Shown in pieces: positions 51,624 to 60,808 of a stretch of DNA of 64,000 nt. Numbering within the stretch: the first letter of the stretch is position 1; each line of letters begins with the position of its first letter. Location of the stretch: NCBI GenBank assembly GCA_965238005.1, contig OZ250165.1, positions 3,744,001 through 3,808,000 on the forward strand, in the 5' to 3' direction. Made by a program: the position numbers and the translations under genes. Source of the DNA: Longimicrobiales bacterium (lineage in GTDB: Bacteria > Gemmatimonadota > Gemmatimonadetes > Longimicrobiales > Gaopeijiaceae). Under the pieces are notes generated by a model. It searched no databases. It had not been told where the DNA came from and saw only the letters and a program-made list of their open reading frames with translations.

Positions 51624-53258
51624 ATGAAAGCTGCTGAGCTCTTTGTCCGGTGCCTTGAGAACGAAGACGTGGACTACATTTTCGGCATCCCGGGCGAAGA
51701 GAACATCGATATGATGGATGTCCTGCTCGACAGTTCGATCCGCTTCATCACGACGCGGCACGAGCAGGGCGCGGCCTTCATGGCCGACGTGTACGGACGG
51801 CTGACGGGTAGAGCGGGGGTCTGCCTGGCGACCCTCGGTCCCGGCGCCACGAATCTGGTGACCGGCGTAGCGGACGCGAACATGGACCGGGCGCCTGTCG
51901 TGGCCATCGCGGGCCAGGCGGCCACGACGCGGATGCACAAGGAGAGCCATCAGTACCTCGATCTGGTCAGCCTCTTCGCTCCCATATCTCAGTATAGCAC
52001 GCAGATCATGGACCCGGAGACCATTCCGGAGGTGGTTCGCAAGGCGTTCAAGCAGGCGATCGCGGAGAAGCCAGGCGTCAGCTTCATCTCCCTTCCCGAG
52101 AACGTCGCCGGCTCCGACGTAGAAGGAAAGGAGCCGCTCAAGGTGCAGGCGGCCACGACCCCCGGGGCCCCTGAGGCCAAGATCGAGCAGGCCGCTGAGA
52201 TCATCTCGAGCGCGGAGCACCCGGTCATCATGGCAGGGAACGGCGTCATCCGCGCCGGAGGCGCGGCGCAGCTCCAGGCGTTCGCCGAGAGACTGCAGAT
52301 CCCCGTCGCGACCACCTTCATGGCCAAGGGCGCGATACCGTTCTCACACCCCCTCAGCCTCGGGACCGTGGGCTTGCAAGCCCACGACTACGTCAGCTGC
52401 GGATTCGATCGCGCAGATGTGATCATTTGCGTAGGCTACGACATGGTCGAGTACCATCCCTATCTGTGGCACCCCGAAAAGCACGCCCAAATCCTACACA
52501 TCGACGAGACGCCGGCCGAGGTGGATGAGCACTACATGCTGGCGGCCGGGGTCATCGGCGACATCGGTGAGTCACTGCAGCGGATCGCTGAGGTGGCGCG
52601 GCCTCAGGATGAACCGAAGCTTGGAGCACTGCGGGACCTCGTCCTCCAGGAGCACTCCGATCACGCGGAGAACCCGGCGTTCCCCGTGGTGCCCCAGCGC
52701 ATCCTTTGGGACCTCCGGCAGGTGCTGGAGCCCGAGGACATCGTCATCAGCGACGTGGGCGCTCACAAGATGTGGACCGCCCGGCTCTACCAGGCCGAGC
52801 GCCCCAACACCTGCATCATCTCAAACGGTTTCGCCTCGATGGGGATCGGCGTGCCCGGGGCCGTCGCCGCGAAGCTGGTCCACCCGGAGCGTACCGTGGT
52901 AACGATCACGGGCGATGCCGGATTCCTGATGAATTGCCAGGAGATCGAGACCGCACTCCGTATCGGGACCCCTATCATCATCCTCATCTGGGACGACAGC
53001 GAGTACGGTCTGATCCGCTGGCATCAGCTGCGCCACTTCGACCGCCCCAGCCACATCGACTTCAACAATCCCGATTTCGTGATGTTCGCGGAGAGCTTCG
53101 GGGCCAAGGGCTATCGGGTGGAAGGCGCCGACGAGTTGGTGCCGACGCTGAAGCAGGCCATCGCCGACGACACGGTCGTGATCATCGACTGCCCGGTGGA
53201 TTACTCAGAGAACATGAAGCTGACGGAAAAGCTGGGGAATCTGGTCTGTCCTATGTAG
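51624..53258 (+). CDS. ThDP-dependent enzyme, acetolactate synthase-like (OgdA-like clade)
   Basis: FGIPGEEN, RHEQGAAFMAD, GPGATN, ESHQ, SNGFASMG, GDAG. Confidence 0.88.
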   Translation: MKAAELFVRCLENEDVDYIFGIPGEENIDMMDVLLDSSIRFITTRHEQGAAFMADVYGRLTGRAGVCLATLGPGATNLVTGVADANMDRAPVVAIAGQAATTRMHKESHQYLDLVSLFAPISQYSTQIMDPETIPEVVRKAFKQAIAEKPGVSFISLPENVAGSDVEGKEPLKVQAATTPGAPEAKIEQAAEIISSAEHPVIMAGNGVIRAGGAAQLQAFAERLQIPVATTFMAKGAIPFSHPLSLGTVGLQAHDYVSCGFDRADVIICVGYDMVEYHPYLWHPEKHAQILHIDETPAEVDEHYMLAAGVIGDIGESLQRIAEVARPQDEPKLGALRDLVLQEHSDHAENPAFPVVPQRILWDLRQVLEPEDIVISDVGAHKMWTARLYQAERPNTCIISNGFASMGIGVPGAVAAKLVHPERTVVTITGDAGFLMNCQEIETALRIGTPIIILIWDDSEYGLIRWHQLRHFDRPSHIDFNNPDFVMFAESFGAKGYRVEGADELVPTLKQAIADDTVVIIDCPVDYSENMKLTEKLGNLVCPM

Positions 53259-53309
53259 GGCGGCTCTATGTAGGGCGGCGGGGGCGGCCAAATAACCGGA
53301 GATACGAGA

Positions 53310-54749
53310 ATGCCTGAGCGGTTCCCACTCATGGTTCCGGGCGCTACGCCGGACGGCGACCTCATGGACGTCCATGCGCCCTACGATCAGAGCCTGATCG
53401 CTACCGTAGAGTGCGGAGGAGCGCGGGTCGTGGAGGAGGCGCTGGATACGGCCTACCGACTCTTCCGCGACAGGGACACTTGGCTCAGCGCGGCCCGCCG
53501 GACCGAGATCCTGAGGGGCGCCGCCGCCATCATGCAGGAGCGACGAGAGGAGCTAGCGGTCGAAGCCGCCCGGGAGGGCGGAAAGCCACTGATCGACTCG
53601 CGTGTCGAGGTGGACCGTGCGGTCGACGGTGTGCACGAGTGTGTAGAATTCCTGCGCACTCAGCACGGCGAAGAGATTCCGATGGGACTCAACGCCGCGT
53701 CGGCCAACCGATTGGCGTTCACCCGCCACGAACCCATTGGCGTCGTGGTCGCCTTCAGCGCCTTCAACCATCCGCTGAACCTGATCGTCCACCAGGTCGG
53801 GCCGGCTGTCGCGACCGGGTGTCCGTGCATAGTCAAACCGGCAGAGGCCACGCCCCTGTCGGGGATGCGCTTCGTGGGAATTCTCCGCGAGGCGGGTCTC
53901 CCGGAGGAGTGGTGCCAGGGCCTCATGACCACCGATCTAGACGTCGCCGGATCACTGGCCACGGATCAAAGGGTGGGCTTCTTCAGCTTCATTGGCAGCG
54001 CTCGTGTAGGCTGGATGTTGCGCTCCAAGCTCGCGCCCGGCACTCGAAGCGCCTTGGAACATGGAGGCGCGGCGCCCGTCCTCGTGGCCGAGGACGCCGA
54101 CCTCGACCATGTGCTCCCGCTGATCAGCAAGGGGGGATTCTACCACGCCGGCCAGGTCTGCGTTTCAGTTCAGCGCGTCTTCGCCCACGGGAGCATCGCT
54201 CGCGATCTGGCCGAGCGCCTTGCCCAAGTGGCGATTGCTCTCAACGTCGGTGATCCGACCTCCCCGGACACCGAAGTGGGGCCTCTCATCCGCCCAGCCG
54301 AAGTGGAGCGCGTAGGAGAGTGGGTGAGGGAAGGAGTCGATCGCGGTGGCGAGCTCCTCACCGGCGGCGAAGCCCTTTCCGAGACGTGCTACGCCCCAAC
54401 GGTGCTGTACGATCCGCCCGGCGACGCTCGAGTCTCGACATCCGAGATCTTCGGCCCGGTCGTCTGCGTATATCCGTACGACGACATCGATGACGCGATC
54501 GCCCGGGCGAACTCGCTTCCTTACGCTTTCCAGGCCTCAGTATTCACCCGCGATCTCGATACTGCGCTACGGGCTTCGCGCCGGCTCGACGCCTCTGCGG
54601 TGATGGTCAACGATCACCCCGCCTTCCGCGTGGATTGGATGCCGTTCGCTGGCCTGAGGGAGTCGGGCATCGGAGTGGGGGGAATCCCCTATACGATGGA
54701 AGACATGCAGATCAGGAAGCTGGTGGTGATTCGTTCACAGGAGCTGTAG
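53310..54749 (+). CDS. aldehyde dehydrogenase family protein
   Basis: FNHPLN, KPAEATP, LEHGG, GQVCVS, EIFGP. Confidence 0.92.
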   Translation: MPERFPLMVPGATPDGDLMDVHAPYDQSLIATVECGGARVVEEALDTAYRLFRDRDTWLSAARRTEILRGAAAIMQERREELAVEAAREGGKPLIDSRVEVDRAVDGVHECVEFLRTQHGEEIPMGLNAASANRLAFTRHEPIGVVVAFSAFNHPLNLIVHQVGPAVATGCPCIVKPAEATPLSGMRFVGILREAGLPEEWCQGLMTTDLDVAGSLATDQRVGFFSFIGSARVGWMLRSKLAPGTRSALEHGGAAPVLVAEDADLDHVLPLISKGGFYHAGQVCVSVQRVFAHGSIARDLAERLAQVAIALNVGDPTSPDTEVGPLIRPAEVERVGEWVREGVDRGGELLTGGEALSETCYAPTVLYDPPGDARVSTSEIFGPVVCVYPYDDIDDAIARANSLPYAFQASVFTRDLDTALRASRRLDASAVMVNDHPAFRVDWMPFAGLRESGIGVGGIPYTMEDMQIRKLVVIRSQEL

Positions 54750-54763
54750 CTCGGAGGTGCGGT

Positions 54764-56506
54764 ATGAAGCTCGTGTCTGTGAACGTCTCGCTTCCCCTGG
54801 AAATCACACACAAGGGCAAGACCGTCCGAACCGGAATCTTCAAGGAGGCCGTCGAGCGTCGCGTACGGGTCGCCACTCTCAACATCGACGGCGACGGCCA
54901 GGCCGACCTCATCGGCCATGGCGGCCCGTTCAGGGCCGTGTTGGTTTACTCCCTCGACAACTACGCCTACTGGGAACACGAGCTCGGTCAGTCGGGGTTC
55001 GCGTTCGGTCATTTCGGTGAAAACTTCACCGTCGACGGGATGGTGGAGGAGGATGTCCACGTCGGTGATGTCTTCAGAATCGGCACAGCGCTGTTCCAGG
55101 TGACGCAGCCGCGGGTGCCGTGCTACAAACTCGCCATCAAGGTCGGAATCGAGAATTTCTACAGTCGCATTCTCGAGAGTGGGAGGCCCGGATTCTATTT
55201 CCGCGTGTTGGAGGAGGGCGAGGTCGGGGCCGGCGACGCCATCGAGCGCGTTCGCCTCGATCCGGTCGAGCTCACCGTCCGTCAGGTCAGCAACCTCCTC
55301 TATTTCGACAAGGACGACTTGGAAGGCGCGAGAACCGCGCTGCGCATCGAGGCGCTGTCACCGGGCTGGCGGCAATCGTTCGAAAAGCGGTTGGCCAACG
55401 CGCAGCGCGCGACCAAGTCCAAAGAGAAGTACCGAACCTTTGTCGTGACGGGAAAGGTCCCGGAGAGCGAGTCCATCACGTCGTTCTGCCTCGCCGCGGA
55501 AGACGGAGAGCCTTTGGACGCGTTTCTCCCGGGCCAGTTCCTGCCGCTCCGGCTGAACATCCCCGGCCAATACGAGCCTGTGTACCGAACGTACTCTCTC
55601 TCCGACCGACCGGGCGCCGAGCACTATCGCCTGACCATCAAGCGGGAGCCGGCGCCTCCCGACCTCCCCAACGCGTACCCCGGCGTATCGTCGAACTACT
55701 TCCACGATCACGTGGACGTGGGTGCCACACTCTCGGCGAAGGCGCCACGCGGACGTTTCTATCTCGACCCACAGCGTGAGACCCCGGTAGCACTCGTGAG
55801 CGCGGGCGTCGGTCAGACGCCGATGATCAGCATGCTCAATGCCATCGTCGCGGCCGGCGCAAAGCGGCCGACGTGGTTCGTTCACGGGAGTCGATGCGGC
55901 CGGGAACACGCCCTGGGCGACGCCGTGCGGCGCCTCGCCGAGGAACATGACCACGTCCACGCGCACATCCGCTACAGCCAGCCGTCCACCGAGGATGTCG
56001 TGGGGCGCGACCACGACGACACCGGGTGGGTCGACGCGGACCTGTTGAAGCGTCTTCTGCCGGACAACGAGTGCGATTTCTATCTGTGCGGCCCGACCGG
56101 GTTCATGCGATCGCTCTTCGAAGGATTGCTGTCGTGGGGAGTCCCCGAGCAGCGGATTCACTATGAGTTCTTCGGACCCGCGTCCGCCTTGAAGGAGCGA
56201 GCGAATGTCGCCACGCCGAAGCGCGCTCCTGGGGCCGCCGAATGTTACACCGATCTCGAGGTCACGTTCTCGACTTCTGGGGTGCGCGCCAACTGGAACC
56301 CGTCTTTCGAGAGCATCCTGGACCTGGCCGAGGCGAACGGCCTGAGTCCCGACTACAGCTGCCGGTCAGGAGTCTGTCAGACCTGCGTGGCCAGGATCGA
56401 GGAGGGTGAGGTCGAGTACGTCATCGAGCCTCTCGACCCGCCTGATGACGGCTCCGTCTTGATCTGCTGCTCCAAGCCCGCGACCCCTGTGGTCATAGCA
56501 CTGTGA
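54764..56506 (+). CDS. MOSC + FAD/NAD-binding reductase + [2Fe-2S] ferredoxin fusion
   Basis: QPRVPCYKL; RTYSLS, AGVGQTP, YLCGP; CRSGVCQTC...ICC. Confidence 0.9.
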   Translation: MKLVSVNVSLPLEITHKGKTVRTGIFKEAVERRVRVATLNIDGDGQADLIGHGGPFRAVLVYSLDNYAYWEHELGQSGFAFGHFGENFTVDGMVEEDVHVGDVFRIGTALFQVTQPRVPCYKLAIKVGIENFYSRILESGRPGFYFRVLEEGEVGAGDAIERVRLDPVELTVRQVSNLLYFDKDDLEGARTALRIEALSPGWRQSFEKRLANAQRATKSKEKYRTFVVTGKVPESESITSFCLAAEDGEPLDAFLPGQFLPLRLNIPGQYEPVYRTYSLSDRPGAEHYRLTIKREPAPPDLPNAYPGVSSNYFHDHVDVGATLSAKAPRGRFYLDPQRETPVALVSAGVGQTPMISMLNAIVAAGAKRPTWFVHGSRCGREHALGDAVRRLAEEHDHVHAHIRYSQPSTEDVVGRDHDDTGWVDADLLKRLLPDNECDFYLCGPTGFMRSLFEGLLSWGVPEQRIHYEFFGPASALKERANVATPKRAPGAAECYTDLEVTFSTSGVRANWNPSFESILDLAEANGLSPDYSCRSGVCQTCVARIEEGEVEYVIEPLDPPDDGSVLICCSKPATPVVIAL

Positions 56507-56528
56507 CGCCGGAGAGGAGCGAGACCTC

Positions 56529-57788
56529 ATGACGCACGACAGATCGGTTCGGGTGGCCGTGGTGGGCGGCGCGCGCACGCCGTTCGCCAGGGCCGGCACC
56601 GTGTTCCGGAAGTACTCGGCGCTCGACCTTGGCGTTCACGCGGTGGACGGCTTGCTGGCTAAGCACAGCCTCGATCCGCAGTCGGTCGGGGAGCTGGCGT
56701 TCGGGATTACCGTCGTCGACGCACGGATCCCCCACCTCGCCAGGGACATCGTCTTCTCCAGTGACCTACGGCCCGCGGTGCAGGCACTCACCCTCACGAA
56801 CAACTGCATCACGGGGACGTCGGCGATTACCGCGATCGCCGACTCAATCGTTGCCGGCCGCTCCGAGATCGGGATCGCAGGCGGGGTAGAGTCGATGTCC
56901 AACCCGGCGCTGCTATTCGGTAAACGGGCGAGTCGCATCTTCCTCGACGCCGCAGCGGCCAAGACGTTCGGGCAGCGTCTCCGCCTCTTTGCACGACTGC
57001 GCCCCGGAGATTTCAAGGCTCACGCTCCCGGCGTCAACGAGCCGTCCACCGGTTTGTCGATGGGCGAGCACACCGAGCTCATGGTCAAGGAGTGGAAGAT
57101 CCCGCGGGAGGAGCAGGACGAGATCGCCTATCGTAGTCACATGAACGCGCACAGGGCGATGGAAGACGGCCGTCTGAAGGCCGAGATCCACCCCCTCGAC
57201 GGGTTCGATCACGACCTGTTCGTCAGGCCCGACACCTCGATGGAAAAGCTGGCCAAGCTGCGGCCGGTGTTCGACTGCAGTCCCGCGGGAACGCTAACCG
57301 CGGGCAACTCGAGTCCACTGACGGACGGCGCGGCCGCGGTGTTGCTCATGTCGGAAGCTCGAGCCCGCCACGAAGGTCGCGAGCCACTCGCGTTCGTGAA
57401 GGACTTCGAGTACGCAGCGATCGACCCGAAGGACGGCCTGCTCATGGGTCCGGGCGTTGCGGTGCCACGGCTCCTTCAGCGCACCGGCCTCACGCTCTCC
57501 GATCTGGACCTGATCGAGATGCACGAGGCATTCGGCGGACAGGTGGCGTGCAACCTGCGCGCGTGGGAGCAGGGGTGGAAGGAGCCGGCCATCGGAACCG
57601 TCGATCGGGACAAGCTGAACCAGCTCGGAAGCTCCATTGCGGTCGGCCATCCGTTTGCCGCCACCGGAGCCCGGATCGTCACGACATTGGCCAACGAGAT
57701 GAAGCGTCGTAAGGCGAGATATGGGCTCGTGAGCATCTGCGCAGCGGGCGCCCAGGCGTCGGCCATGATCCTCGAGCGGGATGTGTAG
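56529..57788 (+). CDS. acetyl-CoA C-acyltransferase (FadI-like thiolase)
   Basis: RTPF, NNC, GGVESMS, HEAF, GHPFAATG, CAAG. Confidence 0.9.
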   Translation: MTHDRSVRVAVVGGARTPFARAGTVFRKYSALDLGVHAVDGLLAKHSLDPQSVGELAFGITVVDARIPHLARDIVFSSDLRPAVQALTLTNNCITGTSAITAIADSIVAGRSEIGIAGGVESMSNPALLFGKRASRIFLDAAAAKTFGQRLRLFARLRPGDFKAHAPGVNEPSTGLSMGEHTELMVKEWKIPREEQDEIAYRSHMNAHRAMEDGRLKAEIHPLDGFDHDLFVRPDTSMEKLAKLRPVFDCSPAGTLTAGNSSPLTDGAAAVLLMSEARARHEGREPLAFVKDFEYAAIDPKDGLLMGPGVAVPRLLQRTGLTLSDLDLIEMHEAFGGQVACNLRAWEQGWKEPAIGTVDRDKLNQLGSSIAVGHPFAATGARIVTTLANEMKRRKARYGLVSICAAGAQASAMILERDV

Positions 57789-58429
57789 CGCCGAACGCCA
57801 CGATAAAGGCCGTGGAGCGATTGAGCAGGCCAGAACGGGGAGCTGACGCGGGATGGTGGAAGGCAGGAAGGTGAGCAACATGACGAGCACGGCAAAGGCC
57901 CACTCGTTCAGTCTAGGAGCGACGATCCTGGTCGCGACGTCCTTCCCCGTTGTGGAGGGTATCGCTCATAGCATGGACAGTCTTGCCCTAGCTCATGACT
58001 TTTTGGACCCTCGCCTGCGGCAGCTTTTGGCTCTTGCTGCTGTCCATCCCGGCCCTGACACAGATGGATTGGCCGGGGGTCCCGTGGTCGAGTGTGACGT
58101 GGCCCCAGGCGTGGTGCCCTGTCCTACGCTACACGACCTGCAGCCATCGGCGGTCCCTAGAGCTGGGGCATCATGAGGATGGCCGGGTCAATCTTCTTCA
58201 ATACGCCGCCTCCGTGGAGTCATGGGTCACGGACTGCGGAGCTTGTTTGACAAGCTGGGACGGGTCATGGGGTTCGCCGCCACGTAGCGACGTGTGATCG
58301 TCTCAAGGTCCTCGGGGGCGGAACCCCCAACGCTGTGGACCACGTCGTTGGGCGCTCCCGCTGCGAAGCCTCCACGACGATACTCCTACGGCGACGCGGG
58401 CGACATCCTCGTTCGATACCGGCGGACCC

Positions 58430-58781
58430 CGACCCGGATGTGCGACGGCCGGGCAACCTGCGCACCGTCGCGGTGACCCTGCAGGTGGCCTGTCAGAGGG
58501 TGGTCGACCCGTGCCTCAACCTGACGGCCGAGCTCCAGGTGGACGGGGAGCGCTTCGAATTGACGGTGCGCGAAGGGCACGTTGCCGTCCGATACAGAGC
58601 GGCCGAGGCATCACAGGCCATCCTTTCGATGGACTACGAGGCTATGGTCGACGTCGCGGATGGCCGAATCCCGCTGGAGGAGCTCGCCGAGCACCACGTG
58701 GAGATCGTCTCGGGCGAACCGGCCGCCATCGAGGAGTTGATGAACCTGCTGTCATGTACGATGGCGCAGTTAGCGGCGTGA
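58430..58781 (+). pseudogene. SCP2-like C-terminal domain fragment
   Basis: AELQVDGERFELTVREGHV...AMVDVADGRIPLEEL...IVSGE; no convincing start. Confidence 0.4.
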
Positions 58782-58804
58782 TGTTCCGGCCCATCGGCCG
58801 TTTT

Positions 58805-60268
58805 CTACTCCATGATGCGTCGCCTGGCAACGAATCGCTGTAGGATCTCCAGCGTCATCGCGACGCCCCGGCGCACGTTTTCCTCCGTCACGCGCTCGTC
58901 GTTTCCGTGCACGCCGCTCGCATCCGCCTGGGGTGTCGCGGTGGCCTCGTACCCGTAGCTCACGATGCCCAGGTCCCTGAAGAAGTGACTGTCGGTGAAG
59001 CCGCCCTGCACCTGGGGAACGAAGTTGGCGTCGGGAAAGACCTCGAGCGTCACATCGCGGATCGTACGGTAGAGCTCGGTATCGGTAGAAGACACGGCGG
59101 GGCTGAATCCCATGAGGACCTCGACGTCGACGTCGGGTCCAAGGATCTCGCGCAGCTCGGCCAGCCAGACCTCGGGGTCCTGGTCGGGCAGCAACCGGCA
59201 GTCGATCTCGGCGGTCACTTCGGCGGAAACGACGTTGATCTTGTCGCTACCCTGAAATCGGGTGATTGAGCAGGTGTTGCGCGTGAGGGCGTGCAGCCCC
59301 GGGTCGTACTCCTGGAGCTCGCGTAGGAGGCCGGGTTGCTCGAGCACCGAGGCCAGGTCCGCGAAACGAGACCGCCAGGGCTCGGGATGCCCCGCCGCCA
59401 TGCCCTTGAGGTGCGCATCGACCGCGGGCACGATGCGGGCGTCGAATCTGTGACGACGCAATCGATCGAGCGCCTCGACCAGCTTAGTCGATGCGTACGA
59501 GACAAGGGGCCTCGATCCATGACCCGGCTTACCCGAGGCGGTCACCCGGAGCCAGTAGGGCACCTTCTGGGTGACCTCGAGGCCGAACTGGATGTTGCCG
59601 TCCACGTCCTTGCCTCCACCGCCTTCGTTCAGCAGGAACCCGACGCCCTCGAAGATCTCCGGCCTGTTCTCCGCGAGCCAGCCGGCACCGAAGAAGCCCC
59701 CCGCCTCCTCGTCCGCCGTGGCCATGAAGATCACGTCGCGCTGGAGCGGGGTCCCGGAGCGGTGGAGCGCAAGAAACGAAGCGAGGTGCAGGATGCCGCT
59801 GGTCTTGGTATCCAGGGCACCGCGGCCGTATAAGTAGCCGTCGCGCAAGTCGCCCGAGCGGGGGTCCGTGCTCCAGAAACGCACGTCGGCGGGTACCACG
59901 TCCATGTGGTGGAGCAATAGCAGCGCGGGAGCGTCACCCCCGTCGAGACGTGCCCAGATGTTGCCACGGCCCGGAGCGGATTCGGCGATCTCGTACGGGA
60001 TCCCTTCAGCGTCGAAGATCTCCGCGAAGAAGCGCGCGCCTCGTATCTCGTTCCCGGGCGGGTTTGTCGTATTGATGCGGATGTAGTCCTGGAGCCACCC
60101 GACCGCTTCGTCCTGAAGCGCGGACAGGTCCACCTGTGCCGCCCCCCCTGTGGGGATGAAAGCCGCGAGCAGGGCGAGTGCTGGGATCCGGGTCCATGTC
60201 GATACGGCTGTGTGCATCGTGCCCTTCTTGGTCTCGTGGGAAGCAGCCACTGTGGTCATGGCCCGCAT
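58805..60268 (-). CDS. secreted M20/M25/M40 metallopeptidase
   Basis: NPPGNE, HHMDVVP, GRGALD, ADEE, GHGS, HGNDE; start may be 60217. Confidence 0.9.
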   Translation of the reverse strand: MRAMTTVAASHETKKGTMHTAVSTWTRIPALALLAAFIPTGGAAQVDLSALQDEAVGWLQDYIRINTTNPPGNEIRGARFFAEIFDAEGIPYEIAESAPGRGNIWARLDGGDAPALLLLHHMDVVPADVRFWSTDPRSGDLRDGYLYGRGALDTKTSGILHLASFLALHRSGTPLQRDVIFMATADEEAGGFFGAGWLAENRPEIFEGVGFLLNEGGGGKDVDGNIQFGLEVTQKVPYWLRVTASGKPGHGSRPLVSYASTKLVEALDRLRRHRFDARIVPAVDAHLKGMAAGHPEPWRSRFADLASVLEQPGLLRELQEYDPGLHALTRNTCSITRFQGSDKINVVSAEVTAEIDCRLLPDQDPEVWLAELREILGPDVDVEVLMGFSPAVSSTDTELYRTIRDVTLEVFPDANFVPQVQGGFTDSHFFRDLGIVSYGYEATATPQADASGVHGNDERVTEENVRRGVAMTLEILQRFVARRRIME

Positions 60269-60369
60269 TGTAGGGAGCCGTCGATCGTGCGGCTACCCCG
60301 CGGTCTGACACATGCAACGCAGGGATATTGTCAGCGGCGGACCCTTATCTGACTAATAACCTATATCTC

Positions 60370-60804
60370 GGGCTGGTCGGCGAGCTGCAGCGGTGGTCGG
60401 AGGATCCTGTGCGAGCCAGACAAGAGCTATTCCGCCGAATCGCCTTCAACGCGCTGATCTCCAACACCGACGGCCACCCGCGCAACCACGCGTTGATCGA
60501 TCCAGGTCGCGGCTGGCGACTCTCGCCGGCCTACGACTTGACTCCGTCGCTCGTGCAGAGCCTCGAACGCCGCGATCTGGCGATGGTCTGCGGGGACCAC
60601 GGCAGAATCGCCAGCAGACAGAACCTGCTCTCGGCCTCCCCGAGGTTCGGCCTCACGCGGGCCGGGGCCGGCGAGCTCATCGATGACATCAAGGGCGTCG
60701 TCGAGGCCGATTGGCACCGGGAGGTTCTTGACCAAGGCGGCTCAGAGCAGGACTGCGCCACCATCCAGGGCGCGTTCAGCTATCCGGGGTTCGAGCTGCC
60801 CTGA
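60370..60804 (+). pseudogene. HipA-family kinase C-terminal fragment
   Basis: ELFRRIAFNALISNTDGHPRNH, WRLSPAYDL; N-terminus missing. Confidence 0.78.
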
Positions 60805-60808
60805 AAGG

